Virus record (IMG/VR): IMGVR_UViG_3300033997_000478
Coordinates: 1 to 64,000 of that record
Direction: 5' to 3' (one strand)
Length of the DNA: 64,000 nucleotides
Shown: positions 47,091 through 56,630 of the stretch, in pieces
How positions within the stretch are numbered: position 1 is the stretch's first letter
Layout of the letters: each line of letters begins with the position of its first letter
Program-made: the position numbers and the translations under genes
The notes under the pieces: generated by a model
What the model was told of the DNA's origin: nothing
What the model saw: the letters and a program-made list of their open reading frames with translations, nothing else
The model's database searches: none

Positions 47091-49019
47091 ATGGCCACCA
47101 ACACCCCGAACGACAACAACAACGAAACCGGCACCACCAGCGCAGAAGCCATCTTCAACCGCAACTCCGGCAACACCGCCGGTGCCCAGAACGCCGGTGG
47201 CAGCCAGAGCGGCGGCTTCAACCGCAATGCCGGCCGCGCTGCCCGTCCGGGCCTGACCGCTCGCCTGAGCGGCGCACGTGGCGTGGTCTCGCGCCGCCGT
47301 CCGGGTGCCGAACTGGAAGTCATGCGCAAGGCCTTCGAAGAGGCCCTGAGCCAGTTCCACACCTCCGGCCGCCTGCAGGGCGGTGAGAACCTGAAGCTGA
47401 TGCTGATCGATCGCCAGGAACTGGACCGCAAGGTCGAGCTGCTGGTTGCCTACATCCCGATGACCGTCGACAACCAGCTGCACGTGTCGATCTACACCGT
47501 GATCCTGGCCGACCAGAGCGAGAACCTGGACAGCATCAAGTTCCAGGGCACCGGCGGCCGCAACTTCGCCTACACCGTGACCGCAGGCGACGCCTGGGAT
47601 CGCAACCTGTGGGTGAAGGTCGCAGCGATCGTGCAGGAAAACATGGGCGCTGTCGCCATCCAGCACAACGCCGGCGCGCAGGTCATCCCGGCCGAAACCG
47701 ACGTCACCGACAAGGGCCTGATCCACGGCCTGGCGTTCTTCGTCTCCGAAGGCCTGACCCGCACCATCACCGACAAGATCCTGAAGTCCACCGATGACGT
47801 GATCTCGGTCGCCGACATCGGCGACGACGAAATCGTCGAAGGCAAGCTGGTCTACAGCACCCTGCCGCTGACCACCGCCGCCGGCCTGCCGCTGCGTGGT
47901 GACATCCAGGCCAAGCTGAGCTACAGCCAGCGCGGCAACGAGGGTGACCAGCGTGAACGTGCCTTCAGCCTGGACAACAGCCGTCCGCTGGCCGGCGCCG
48001 CCGGCTTCATCGACCTGGGCTGGGAAGACCCGCAGCAGCCGGCCTTCGGCCAGCAGCCGGCCACCCAGCGCTACCGTGCACGCTTCGTCATGACCCGCCT
48101 GGACACCGAAGGTGACTGGATCACCCCGGAACTGCAGCTGCTGTCGCTGGCCGGCGCCACCCTGGTGGCACGTCAGATGGCCTGGGCTCGCATCTGGTCG
48201 CAGGAGTTCCGTACCAAGGAACACGACATCGGCGTGATCGGCTACGAGCTGGCTCCGGGTGGCGAAGCTGAGCGCATCAACACCTCGGCCGCAGCCTTCA
48301 CCAACGAAGCGCTGTACCAGCTGGTGTCGGCGACCATCTACCCGGACATCCTGTTCCAGCTGGACATCGAAGAAGTCGGCGAGCTGTCGTTCCAGAACCG
48401 CGTGCTGCTCGACGCTGCCAACAACAACGCCGATGCGCAGGACGCCGTGATCGCGGCCGCCAACAACCTGACCAACAACGAGTTCACCCGTCTGTGGCAG
48501 GCCGGCACCCCGTTCGTCATGAACGATGGCAACCGCATCCACCTGGGCTACTACGAAGCCAACGACGGTCAGCGTCGTGACATCCGTGACCTGGACTACC
48601 TGTTCATGCTGGAGCGCTTCGGCGCGCAGGATCCGAAGATGGTCGAGCGCTGGCAGGCGACCTTCGACGACGTCGAACGCGACGAAGTCGAGCGTGTGGC
48701 TGAGCGTGAAGACATGATCCGCAAGATCCTGGGCCCGACGGTGACCATCACCGGCTACGCTCGTCGCGTGACCTTCCACCCGCAGGCCCTGGACGTCCTG
48801 CTGGCCGCTTGCGGCGCAGCCGGCCTGACCATCCGTCAGGACTCGCAGTCCTACGGCTTCACCGGTTCGGCCGCTCGCGGTCGTGCTTCGGGCGGTGCCT
48901 TCGCCTTCGGCGGCGGCGCTACGAACAACCTGTTCAGCTCGGGCGTCACCGGCAGCCGTGGTCGCGGCTTCGGCTCCACCTTCACCGGTGGTTCGACCTG
49001 GCGTGGTCGCGGTAACTGA
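47091..49019 (+). CDS. chmA: Chimallin, phage nuclear shell protein (phiKZ gp54 / 201phi2-1 gp105-like)
   Basis: 642 aa, among the strongest codon bias in the window, disordered N- and C-tails, directly upstream of the nvRNAP beta' gene; followed by a strong terminator. Called from size, synteny and family resemblance. Confidence 0.85.
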   Translation: MATNTPNDNNNETGTTSAEAIFNRNSGNTAGAQNAGGSQSGGFNRNAGRAARPGLTARLSGARGVVSRRRPGAELEVMRKAFEEALSQFHTSGRLQGGENLKLMLIDRQELDRKVELLVAYIPMTVDNQLHVSIYTVILADQSENLDSIKFQGTGGRNFAYTVTAGDAWDRNLWVKVAAIVQENMGAVAIQHNAGAQVIPAETDVTDKGLIHGLAFFVSEGLTRTITDKILKSTDDVISVADIGDDEIVEGKLVYSTLPLTTAAGLPLRGDIQAKLSYSQRGNEGDQRERAFSLDNSRPLAGAAGFIDLGWEDPQQPAFGQQPATQRYRARFVMTRLDTEGDWITPELQLLSLAGATLVARQMAWARIWSQEFRTKEHDIGVIGYELAPGGEAERINTSAAAFTNEALYQLVSATIYPDILFQLDIEEVGELSFQNRVLLDAANNNADAQDAVIAAANNLTNNEFTRLWQAGTPFVMNDGNRIHLGYYEANDGQRRDIRDLDYLFMLERFGAQDPKMVERWQATFDDVERDEVERVAEREDMIRKILGPTVTITGYARRVTFHPQALDVLLAACGAAGLTIRQDSQSYGFTGSAARGRASGGAFAFGGGATNNLFSSGVTGSRGRGFGSTFTGGSTWRGRGN

Positions 49020-49060
49020 TCCTCAAGTCGCAATGACCTGAGCCGCGCAACCCGCGGATA

Positions 49061-49097
49061 AGAGAGAGCCACCCTTCGGGGTGGCTCTCTTTTTTTG
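49061..49097 (+). terminator. Canonical intrinsic terminator after chmA
   Basis: AGAGAGCCACCC-TTCG-GGGTGGCTCTCT followed by a T-run. Confidence 0.9.
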
Positions 49098-49306
49098 CCG
49101 TTAAGACGTAATTTGCAACACAATAGAGAGATCTATTGAGCACTGTCTTTTGGGTGGCAGTGTGAAAACGACAAACCGAAAACCCAAGCAGAAACGAGGG
49201 CTGTGTCATAGACACTCAACTACCAGATGTTGGTGAAAACCCATATCGTGCTGTCCCACGCATCCCCGTAGGACTGGGGCGTAAGTTCGATGGTATCGGT
49301 ATCGGG

Positions 49307-50743
49307 TTGGTGGATTTCGATGCGCTGTTTGAGCAGGCAACGACTCCCCCGGTGATTCTCAACACATTCAACGTCGATACGGTGGATGACAAGACGTTGC
49401 TGGACTCGATGGTGTACACTTACTACGACGGCGATTCGCTGAACGTGGTACCGATGTGTGAATGCCAGCGCACCACTGGTGCCGGCATGATCAATCAGCG
49501 ATGTAGCTTCTGCGGTACGACCGTTCTCCCGCTGAGCGAGCGTCCGCTGGAATCGCTGCTGTGGATGGAACCTCCGGCAGGTGTGGAGACGTTCATCAAT
49601 CCGCAGGTGTGGACCATGCTGTCCAAGGCCATGACCCATGGTGGGATCAATGGTCTGTTGTGGTTGGTGGATCCTCTGGCCATCGTAGGGCCGGAACCGC
49701 ACAAGGAAATTCGACGCCTGATGGATCTGGGCATCGATCGCGGCATCAATCACTTCTACAAGAACTTCGACCAGATCATCGAGCTGCTGTTCAATACGCA
49801 GGTGATCGCCGGTGGCAACCGCCATCAGCGTGAAGAGCTGTGGCAGTTCATCCAGTGCAATCGGCACAAGATCTTCGCCAAGCGACTGCCGGTCCCCTCG
49901 CGTATGGGCTTTGTGGCCGAGCGTACCGTCACCGGTACGTTTGCAGATAAGACCATGAAGCCGATGCTCGATGCGATCCGCACGATCTCCTCGGCAGTGC
50001 ATTCGCAGACGCCACTGGACATCCGCAAGCTCCAGTCGCGCACGATGCTGGCCAATGACCTGGTGGCAACCTACTCCCAGGACTTCATGGCCGCAACGCT
50101 GACCTCCAAGCGGGGTTGGCTGCGTAAGCACGTGTACGGCAATCCGCTGTTCTTCACCTTCCGTGGTGTGATCAGCTCGATGTCCGAGCGCCACGAGTAC
50201 GACGAACTGCACGTGCCGTGGGGCATCTGCATGTCGACCTACTCCAAGCACTTGGAGAACAAGCTCTACAAGACGGCGATCAATGAGCGTGGACGTCCGT
50301 TCACTCCCAACGAAGCTATCGGGCTCATCGAAAGCCATACCCTGCGGTACCACCCGGTCCTCCACAGCTTGTTCAATGAGCTGATCGAGGAATCCCCGCA
50401 CAAGGGCCTGCCGGTGCTGTTCAACCGCAACCCGTCGCTGGACCGTGGTTCGATCCAGGAGTTCTTCATTACCAAGGTGATCGAAGACCCCGAGATCAAC
50501 GCCATCGCAATGTCGGTTCTGTGCCTGAAGGCGCCGAATGCTGACTTCGACGGCGATGCCCTCAACGGCATGGCGATTCTGGACAACCGTTCTGAACGCC
50601 ACTTCGCTGCACTGGCCCCGCACTTCGGTGCACTGGACCTGGATCATCCGCGCCGGATGTCCAACAACCAGGCTTTCCCGCCTCCGGTTGCTGGCGCCAT
50701 CGCGAACATGGTTCATCGCAGCGATCGTACTGTGGTACAATGA
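49307..50743 (+). CDS. Non-virion RNA polymerase beta'-like catalytic subunit (phiKZ gp55-56.1-like); start uncertain
   Basis: Zn finger CEC...CSFC; FNRNPSL; catalytic APNADFDGD; uninterrupted. Confidence 0.93.
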   Translation: MVDFDALFEQATTPPVILNTFNVDTVDDKTLLDSMVYTYYDGDSLNVVPMCECQRTTGAGMINQRCSFCGTTVLPLSERPLESLLWMEPPAGVETFINPQVWTMLSKAMTHGGINGLLWLVDPLAIVGPEPHKEIRRLMDLGIDRGINHFYKNFDQIIELLFNTQVIAGGNRHQREELWQFIQCNRHKIFAKRLPVPSRMGFVAERTVTGTFADKTMKPMLDAIRTISSAVHSQTPLDIRKLQSRTMLANDLVATYSQDFMAATLTSKRGWLRKHVYGNPLFFTFRGVISSMSERHEYDELHVPWGICMSTYSKHLENKLYKTAINERGRPFTPNEAIGLIESHTLRYHPVLHSLFNELIEESPHKGLPVLFNRNPSLDRGSIQEFFITKVIEDPEINAIAMSVLCLKAPNADFDGDALNGMAILDNRSERHFAALAPHFGALDLDHPRRMSNNQAFPPPVAGAIANMVHRSDRTVVQ

Positions 50744-50803
50744 CCGGCATAAGGGGAGGAGCTTCGGCTCCTCCTTCTTGTGCTCTACCCTGGAGAGTGT
50801 TCA

Positions 50804-51301
50804 ATGCAACATAGTCTTCCGAAACTGATCATCCGCAATGGCGGCGAAGGTGGCGATACCTTCGGTCCCATCATTGCTGGGCCCAATCCCTACAACCGTC
50901 CATCCTTCCGCGTGGATGGGGAGTTCAAGTTCAAACGCGTTTACAAGGCCAGCGAAGGCAACTTGACCTTGGTCTCCACAGTGGGTCTGGGTGGCGATGC
51001 GGTGATCAGCCACTACGCCATCGATCATGAACTGCCCGGCCACTTCGCCGGATACGTGAATGATTTCATCGACCGCCTGATCACCACCCTGAAAGTGCAG
51101 AACTACCGGGACAAGGAGAACCTGTGGTTGGTGGAAGTGCACTGGCGTGATCTGGCTGGCGAGCATGGTCATCGGCAGGTGACGTTGGAACCGTGGGAGC
51201 GCATGCTTCATGACATGCTCTCCATGGACGTCTTCAACTTCCAGTCCTACCTGACGATCGCCGAAGCTCAAGCAATCGATCATCCGCCCGGCCAAGAATA
51301 A
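50804..51301 (+). CDS. Hypothetical protein
   Basis: GGAG RBS before ATG 50804. Confidence 0.72.
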   Translation: MQHSLPKLIIRNGGEGGDTFGPIIAGPNPYNRPSFRVDGEFKFKRVYKASEGNLTLVSTVGLGGDAVISHYAIDHELPGHFAGYVNDFIDRLITTLKVQNYRDKENLWLVEVHWRDLAGEHGHRQVTLEPWERMLHDMLSMDVFNFQSYLTIAEAQAIDHPPGQE

Positions 51302-51371
51302 CAAGAAAAGTCCTTCAGGACTGTACTATTCAATTGCAACATCCGCCTACACAACAAGAAAGGTAAAACCG

Positions 51372-51704
51372 ATGAGCACCGAAGAACAGACCAAGGAAAT
51401 CGTGGACGCAGCCCTGGCCAAGCAGGTCACGGCCAACGGCGATCTCGCTCAGGCCACTGCCGTGGCGCTGCGTGGTGTCCTGCCGTACGCGCGTCAGGAA
51501 GTGCTGAGCATCCATGAAGTGGCCCGCCGTGATGGCGATGAAGTGGCCGCCAGCGAAGCAGCTGCCGGCGATGTCGCCATCGAACGTGCCGACAAGGTGC
51601 TGCGTGCGATCGACAAGTCGCACCTGCCGATCAGCGCGTTGAAGGATGACCACTTCGACAACCACATCAACACCTACCTGGACGAAAGCGCCGGCGAGGA
51701 GTGA
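51372..51704 (+). CDS. Small acidic hypothetical protein
   Basis: TACTAT at 51324; AAGGT RBS; strong codon bias. Confidence 0.8.
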   Translation: MSTEEQTKEIVDAALAKQVTANGDLAQATAVALRGVLPYARQEVLSIHEVARRDGDEVAASEAAAGDVAIERADKVLRAIDKSHLPISALKDDHFDNHINTYLDESAGEE

Positions 51705-51707
51705 TCG

Positions 51708-52055
51708 ATGGAGCTGACCCCACTTGAAATCTTCATCATCGACAATCTGGTCAAGGGCGGAGCGTCGGTCTATCTTTCTCACCGCAGGGAGATCGTGCTG
51801 AAGTTTAAGCGAGTCGCCGACGGTGAGGAGACGGAGATGAGTTTCACCATTCCGGCGCTGACGACCTACGTTCACTGGACCATTCACGGGTTCTTGGAAC
51901 GTGTTGCATCGGCCAGCAAAGAGGAGTTCCTGATAACGGAAGTCCATCTGGACTGGCGTGACGTGGTGGGGTCATGGAAGGAAGGTGAGGATTGGGAGGC
52001 ATTCATCGCTCCCATCCGCGCCAAGGTCGTCAATCCCTACCAGAAGATCCAATAG
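51708..52055 (+). CDS. Hypothetical protein, similar to the C-terminal half of 50804..51301
   Basis: GAGGAG RBS; shares an EVH-x(0-2)-WRD motif. Confidence 0.72.
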   Translation: MELTPLEIFIIDNLVKGGASVYLSHRREIVLKFKRVADGEETEMSFTIPALTTYVHWTIHGFLERVASASKEEFLITEVHLDWRDVVGSWKEGEDWEAFIAPIRAKVVNPYQKIQ

Positions 52056-52101
52056 ATTTTTACAGGGCTTTGCTACCTTATAGAGCCTCAGAGGAATTCA
52101 G

Positions 52102-52722
52102 ATGTCAGGAATCATTGACGGCGGCCGTCTCGCCTTCAGAGCGATGGCCTTCGGTCGACCATCGCAGCAGAAGATTGAGTTTCTGCAGCGTCAGTTCGAT
52201 GACCCGAGTCGAGCGTTGAACTTTGCCAACCGCTCGTTCTTCGAGCGATCCCGGCAACTGTTCGAGAACAACTTCAGTGAAGATGTGATGTACCAGTACG
52301 ATCGTGTACTGGAAAGTCACAACCGGACGTGGGACGAAGACAGCATCCGTCCGCTGCGCACGCTGGAAGATTTCCAGTTTGCCAAGCCGCAGATGCAGCG
52401 TTGGATGATGGCCAATCCGCGCCTTCGTCAGTTGCAGCGCCAAGGTCGCATCAGCGGCTGGGCCGGCAGCTACTTCGACCACTCGCCCAAGATCGACCCA
52501 CGCAAGCATCACGACTACCGTAAGGTCATGTCGGGTTTGGAGCAGGAAGACGAAAACGGCGAGACTGTGTTTATCACTTATATGGACGAGGAACTGCCGG
52601 GCGATAGCCCGCTGTACTTCACCGATAAGAAGATCATTCGCAGTGCTTGGGAGGAGATGGAGCATCTGCTGGATACCCAGCGGAAAGATCCGACCGACAC
52701 CGAAGGGTCCGATTGGGGTTAA
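52102..52722 (+). CDS. Conserved jumbo-phage protein (gp59-like by position)
   Basis: GAGGA RBS; FQFAKPQMQRWMMANP and HHDYRKVMSG motifs. Confidence 0.62.
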   Translation: MSGIIDGGRLAFRAMAFGRPSQQKIEFLQRQFDDPSRALNFANRSFFERSRQLFENNFSEDVMYQYDRVLESHNRTWDEDSIRPLRTLEDFQFAKPQMQRWMMANPRLRQLQRQGRISGWAGSYFDHSPKIDPRKHHDYRKVMSGLEQEDENGETVFITYMDEELPGDSPLYFTDKKIIRSAWEEMEHLLDTQRKDPTDTEGSDWG

Positions 52723-52785
52723 GCATAACAGGGGCCCTTCGGGGCCCCTGCATTCAGCTTTCTTTTTTCTTTGCATGGGCCCATC

Positions 52786-53208
52786 ATGTCCGACACACCG
52801 CGCAAGAAAGCGATCGCTACGCTCAGTACGATCGGCTATGCCACCGACCCCGAGCAACGCTTGGATCGGTTGATGGCATACTACCTGACCAGCTACTACT
52901 CCCAGTCGCTGCTGTTCAGGGGAAACATCATGTCGCTGCAAAAGCAGCTGCGTGAATACGGTCACGACACCACCGAACTGGTCACTCGTGTCACCGATGA
53001 AATGACCAGCTACCTGGCCCAGGAATTCCAGGGCGTCACGGTGCGTATCCGTACCGACATCCCTAACCCCGAAGACCCCGGTCGTATCAACATGACCGTG
53101 GAGGCAGTCGTCTCGGTGGATGGTAAGAACTATTCGCTGGCACGCGTGGTGGAAACCCGCAATGCCGTCATCATCGACATCATCAAGATCAACAACGAAG
53201 GCCAGTAA
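52786..53208 (+). CDS. Conserved protein, possibly T4 gp25-like baseplate wedge fold
   Basis: About 140 aa; helical N-terminal half followed by a beta-sheet (VTVRI...INMTVEAVV); low-certainty fold guess. Confidence 0.5.
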   Translation: MSDTPRKKAIATLSTIGYATDPEQRLDRLMAYYLTSYYSQSLLFRGNIMSLQKQLREYGHDTTELVTRVTDEMTSYLAQEFQGVTVRIRTDIPNPEDPGRINMTVEAVVSVDGKNYSLARVVETRNAVIIDIIKINNEGQ

Positions 53209-53209
53209 C

Positions 53210-54013
53210 ATGTCCGAACAGAACGAGGCTGCCACCGAAGCGGCGGCAGTGGAAACCCCGTCCACGCCGGTGGGCACCGAACAACTGCTGAAGTCGCTTC
53301 AGCAAACCGAACATGCGCTGTTCGCACTGATCCAGTCCAATGGCAAGATTGCTGCCCAGCTGGGCAATGCTCTGCGCCGGATCGATCTGCTGGAAAGCGA
53401 AGCCCAGTACCAGGGTACGCTGTTCGGCGACCTCTACCATCACCTGGAACTGGAGCCGCCGGCACGCCCGGTTGTGGTTCACGCCCTGAACGGCAACCTG
53501 ATCCACCCCAGCGATGAAGGCTACGACCCCGTCCAGAATGCCGCCCTGCGCGTCAAGTTCCACAGCGAAGCGCATCCGATCTACGGTTCGTACGAAGTGC
53601 TGGTGACGGACGTCGAAAACGGTGGCTCGCCGGTGGCTCGTCCAATCGAAACCCTGCATCCGCTGGCCCAGCAGCTGATCGCTTCGGAATTCCTGCGCCT
53701 GCGCGAAGAAGGCAAGCTGGACGAGTCCGTGTTCTACGGCACCAACTTCATCGCTCGGACCGAAGCGCCGCTGTCGGACACGTCCACGCCGGCCACCATG
53801 GCCGACCCGCTGCCGGTCGGCGTAACGGCCGATGAACCGGCAGGTGAGTCAGACGTACCACCGGCGCCGGAACCGATCGAAGAAACGCCGCACGTGGAAA
53901 CGGTGAAGGAAGTGTCGGTCGACACCGACGCCTTCGAAGCCGATGGCGAACTGGGTGGCGAAGCACCGCATGCAACGGGTGAAACCAATGCCGACGATTC
54001 CGAACGATCCTGA
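53210..54013 (+). CDS. Hypothetical protein with a coiled coil and an acidic Pro/Ala-rich tail
   Basis: ATG 53210 directly after the upstream stop. Confidence 0.75.
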   Translation: MSEQNEAATEAAAVETPSTPVGTEQLLKSLQQTEHALFALIQSNGKIAAQLGNALRRIDLLESEAQYQGTLFGDLYHHLELEPPARPVVVHALNGNLIHPSDEGYDPVQNAALRVKFHSEAHPIYGSYEVLVTDVENGGSPVARPIETLHPLAQQLIASEFLRLREEGKLDESVFYGTNFIARTEAPLSDTSTPATMADPLPVGVTADEPAGESDVPPAPEPIEETPHVETVKEVSVDTDAFEADGELGGEAPHATGETNADDSERS

Positions 54014-54575
54014 TGCACTCGAACCGGCGTTGGCAGCGCCGGCTCCGACCCCAGCCACGGTCCTGACCGCCTTCAAGCAGCTGGCCAGCATCGAAGCGAC
54101 CGAACTGACCAAGCTGCCCGAGCCGCACTTCCGTGACAAGCTCTTGCCGTTGGTCAAGGCATGGCGCGAGAATCCGGGCAACGTTGACATCTCGACCTAT
54201 CTGGCCGTGGCCGGCGGCCCGCAGCGTCCGATCGATGTCATCGACCACGCAACCGGCGAAGTCCTGTTCCGTGCCCCGCCGCTGCTGGGTACGCTGGATC
54301 TGATGACCAAGGAACATCGCCACATCCACGCAGTGGTCAACCAGGCCGTGCTGGTGGAAGCCAACCAGCACGCGGCGGTGGCTGACCGTGTCCTCTATGA
54401 AGGCCTGTCTCCACACCACCCCACCGCGGTTGGTCGAGTCCGCGATGCCATCGCGCAGTGGAATTTCATTTTCGCGCGCTATGGTCTGGAACCGTCCTTC
54501 GCCGGCAGTTCCTCCCCCACTGAAGCTTTCGATCCCAACCAGACGGCCGAGCCTTTCGACCAGATGGACTTCTAA
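53988..54575 (+). CDS. Conserved hypothetical protein
   Basis: ATG 53988; PIDVID...GEVLFRAPPL motif. Confidence 0.72.
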   Translation: MPTIPNDPDALEPALAAPAPTPATVLTAFKQLASIEATELTKLPEPHFRDKLLPLVKAWRENPGNVDISTYLAVAGGPQRPIDVIDHATGEVLFRAPPLLGTLDLMTKEHRHIHAVVNQAVLVEANQHAAVADRVLYEGLSPHHPTAVGRVRDAIAQWNFIFARYGLEPSFAGSSSPTEAFDPNQTAEPFDQMDF

Positions 54576-54587
54576 AAAAGAGGCAGC

Positions 54588-55730
54588 ATGAAGCCGGAAT
54601 TGTATGGAGCTTCCATCTCTGACGTCCACCTTGGGCATCAGAGAACGAAGACCCGCCATATTGTCGACAACCTGTGGAAGGCATTTCCCAACGCCGAGTC
54701 AACCGGTCAGTTGGATGTCATCTTCTGGGGTGGCGACTTGTTTGACCGGCTTCTGACCTTGGGTGATGAAGCTGTTCCCCAGATTCTCGTATGGGCCTAC
54801 TCCTTCTTGGAGATGGCCAAGGAAAGAAAGATCCATGTGGTGTTCATGGAAGGCACGCCTTCCCATGACTGGGCCCAAACCAAGCTGCTGAAAACCATTG
54901 CAGAATTCGGTAAGGGTAACCCGTACTTCCACTATATCGACACCCTGTCGATCGTTCACTTCGACGATCTGGATGCCGATGTCCTGTTCGTGCCCGATGA
55001 GTGGCGCCCGGAACCGGATGATACCTGGATGGAAGTACGCGAACTGTTGCGAGAAAAGGGACTGGAGAAAGTCGATTTCACCTTGCTTCACGGTGTCTTC
55101 GATCACCAGCTCCCCGATCACGTAAGCGTCCCCACCCATGTGACTGAGCGGTATGTATCGATCACCCGGCACTTCGTGTTCGGGGCGCACGTGCATACGC
55201 CCTCCGTACGAGATAACTTCCCGGCCGATCACGGCCGGCTCTACGTCAATGGCTCCTTTGATCGACTCGCCCACGGCGAGGAGGAATCGAAGGGCCATTG
55301 GCGCTTCCGCTTCCCGACAGACAAACCACCCCAGTGTTGGTTCGTCGTCAATGAAGGGGCCCAGATTTACAAAACGTTGGACTGCACCAAAAAGTCCCTC
55401 GAAGAATCTTTGGCCTTCCTGCAACAGGTCAGCAAGTTGCCTGAGGACAGCAGCATCCGCGTTCAAGCGAACAAGGATGATCCGATCTTGGCCAACTTCG
55501 ATGTCCTGCGTCGGGAGTATCCCCACATTCACTGGTCCTCCAAGCCCAACGAGGCGGTGGAGAAGGACGTGCAGAAGAACCTGCTCGTGGATCTGCGCTC
55601 GGCGTACACCTCTGTGCAGATCACCCGTGATAATCTTGAAGAGCTGTTGATGGAACGTATCGGTCTGCTGACCAACGATCCTGATCAGCTGCAACGATGC
55701 GCTCGCCGCATTCAGGAAGTGGTCCGATGA
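54588..55730 (+). CDS. SbcD/Mre11-like metallophosphoesterase nuclease
   Basis: ISDVHLG, GGDLFD, GTPSHD, LHG and GAHVH motifs. Confidence 0.9.
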   Translation: MKPELYGASISDVHLGHQRTKTRHIVDNLWKAFPNAESTGQLDVIFWGGDLFDRLLTLGDEAVPQILVWAYSFLEMAKERKIHVVFMEGTPSHDWAQTKLLKTIAEFGKGNPYFHYIDTLSIVHFDDLDADVLFVPDEWRPEPDDTWMEVRELLREKGLEKVDFTLLHGVFDHQLPDHVSVPTHVTERYVSITRHFVFGAHVHTPSVRDNFPADHGRLYVNGSFDRLAHGEEESKGHWRFRFPTDKPPQCWFVVNEGAQIYKTLDCTKKSLEESLAFLQQVSKLPEDSSIRVQANKDDPILANFDVLRREYPHIHWSSKPNEAVEKDVQKNLLVDLRSAYTSVQITRDNLEELLMERIGLLTNDPDQLQRCARRIQEVVR

Positions 55731-56578
55731 ACTTCATTCAGCAAGCAGTGGAAGCACGCGAAAAAGGGCAGACCGTACCGGTGTCAATCGGTACGGCTTT
55801 GGCCATCGAAGCCGGCTGTGGCGTCTACCCAGATCGCCCCGAACATCCGGCACCTTTCGTCTTTGTCCAGCAAGTGTGGATCAACTTGCGCACCTTGGTG
55901 CGTAACCTCTACGCCTGTTTGGACAAGGACGTGAAGGATACCGCCCTGCCCGATGATCTCTGGCAGGCGGGTCTGGAAGAAATGCAGATCATCGAAACCG
56001 CCGTGGCCCAAGCCACCGGTAATCGAACCAAGGTGGTGTTCTACGTGTCCGACTACAAGCGGCCGGAGCAACTCTTCCCTGGAGCCATCATCAAGAAGGC
56101 GATCACCCCCAAGCAGATCTTCCAGCTGACCGTGGAAGAGGACACCCTGAAGTTGATGCTGCAGAACAACCAGCAAAACCACATGGTGCACTTCTACGAG
56201 TTCATGATCGAGGGGAATCACCCCGCCAGTCTGATCATTACCCACATGCCGGTTGACTTGCTCGCCCGGTTCAGGTTTGAGCGACTGGAGTTGCTGGAGT
56301 CCCATACCGGCGCTATCAAGAAGCCGGCGCAATGGAACACGAAACTGACCAACGGCAAAGAGTTGACCAACATCCCCTTCAACCGGATGACGTTGCAGCT
56401 GTTTGGGGATAACGGAAACCTGTTTTCGCCCCTGTCCATCACCATTCGTCGAGAGGTGGTGCGACTAGCCGGTATCGACCAGTGGACGGCCGTGACCAGT
56501 ATGGAAAAGGTGCGTGCCACAATCAGTGGGAAGATGGACAACGACGAGCATCGCAAGACCGTGCTCAAGCTGATGTAA
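55727..56578 (+). CDS. Conserved protein (gp66-like), possibly a FEN/T4 RNase H-like fold
   Basis: ATGA coupling; WINLRTLVRN and LIITHMPVDLL loosely resemble PIN/FEN strands; fold assignment is tentative. Confidence 0.55.
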   Translation: MNFIQQAVEAREKGQTVPVSIGTALAIEAGCGVYPDRPEHPAPFVFVQQVWINLRTLVRNLYACLDKDVKDTALPDDLWQAGLEEMQIIETAVAQATGNRTKVVFYVSDYKRPEQLFPGAIIKKAITPKQIFQLTVEEDTLKLMLQNNQQNHMVHFYEFMIEGNHPASLIITHMPVDLLARFRFERLELLESHTGAIKKPAQWNTKLTNGKELTNIPFNRMTLQLFGDNGNLFSPLSITIRREVVRLAGIDQWTAVTSMEKVRATISGKMDNDEHRKTVLKLM

Positions 56579-56630
56579 ATTTTCCCACATCCCGCTTATC
56601 TATTGAGAACCACTCCGGAACACTGAAACC

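Noticed and set aside
47007-50740. 590-aa and 506-aa minus-strand ORFs
   Set aside because: Shadows of chmA and the nvRNAP beta' gene.
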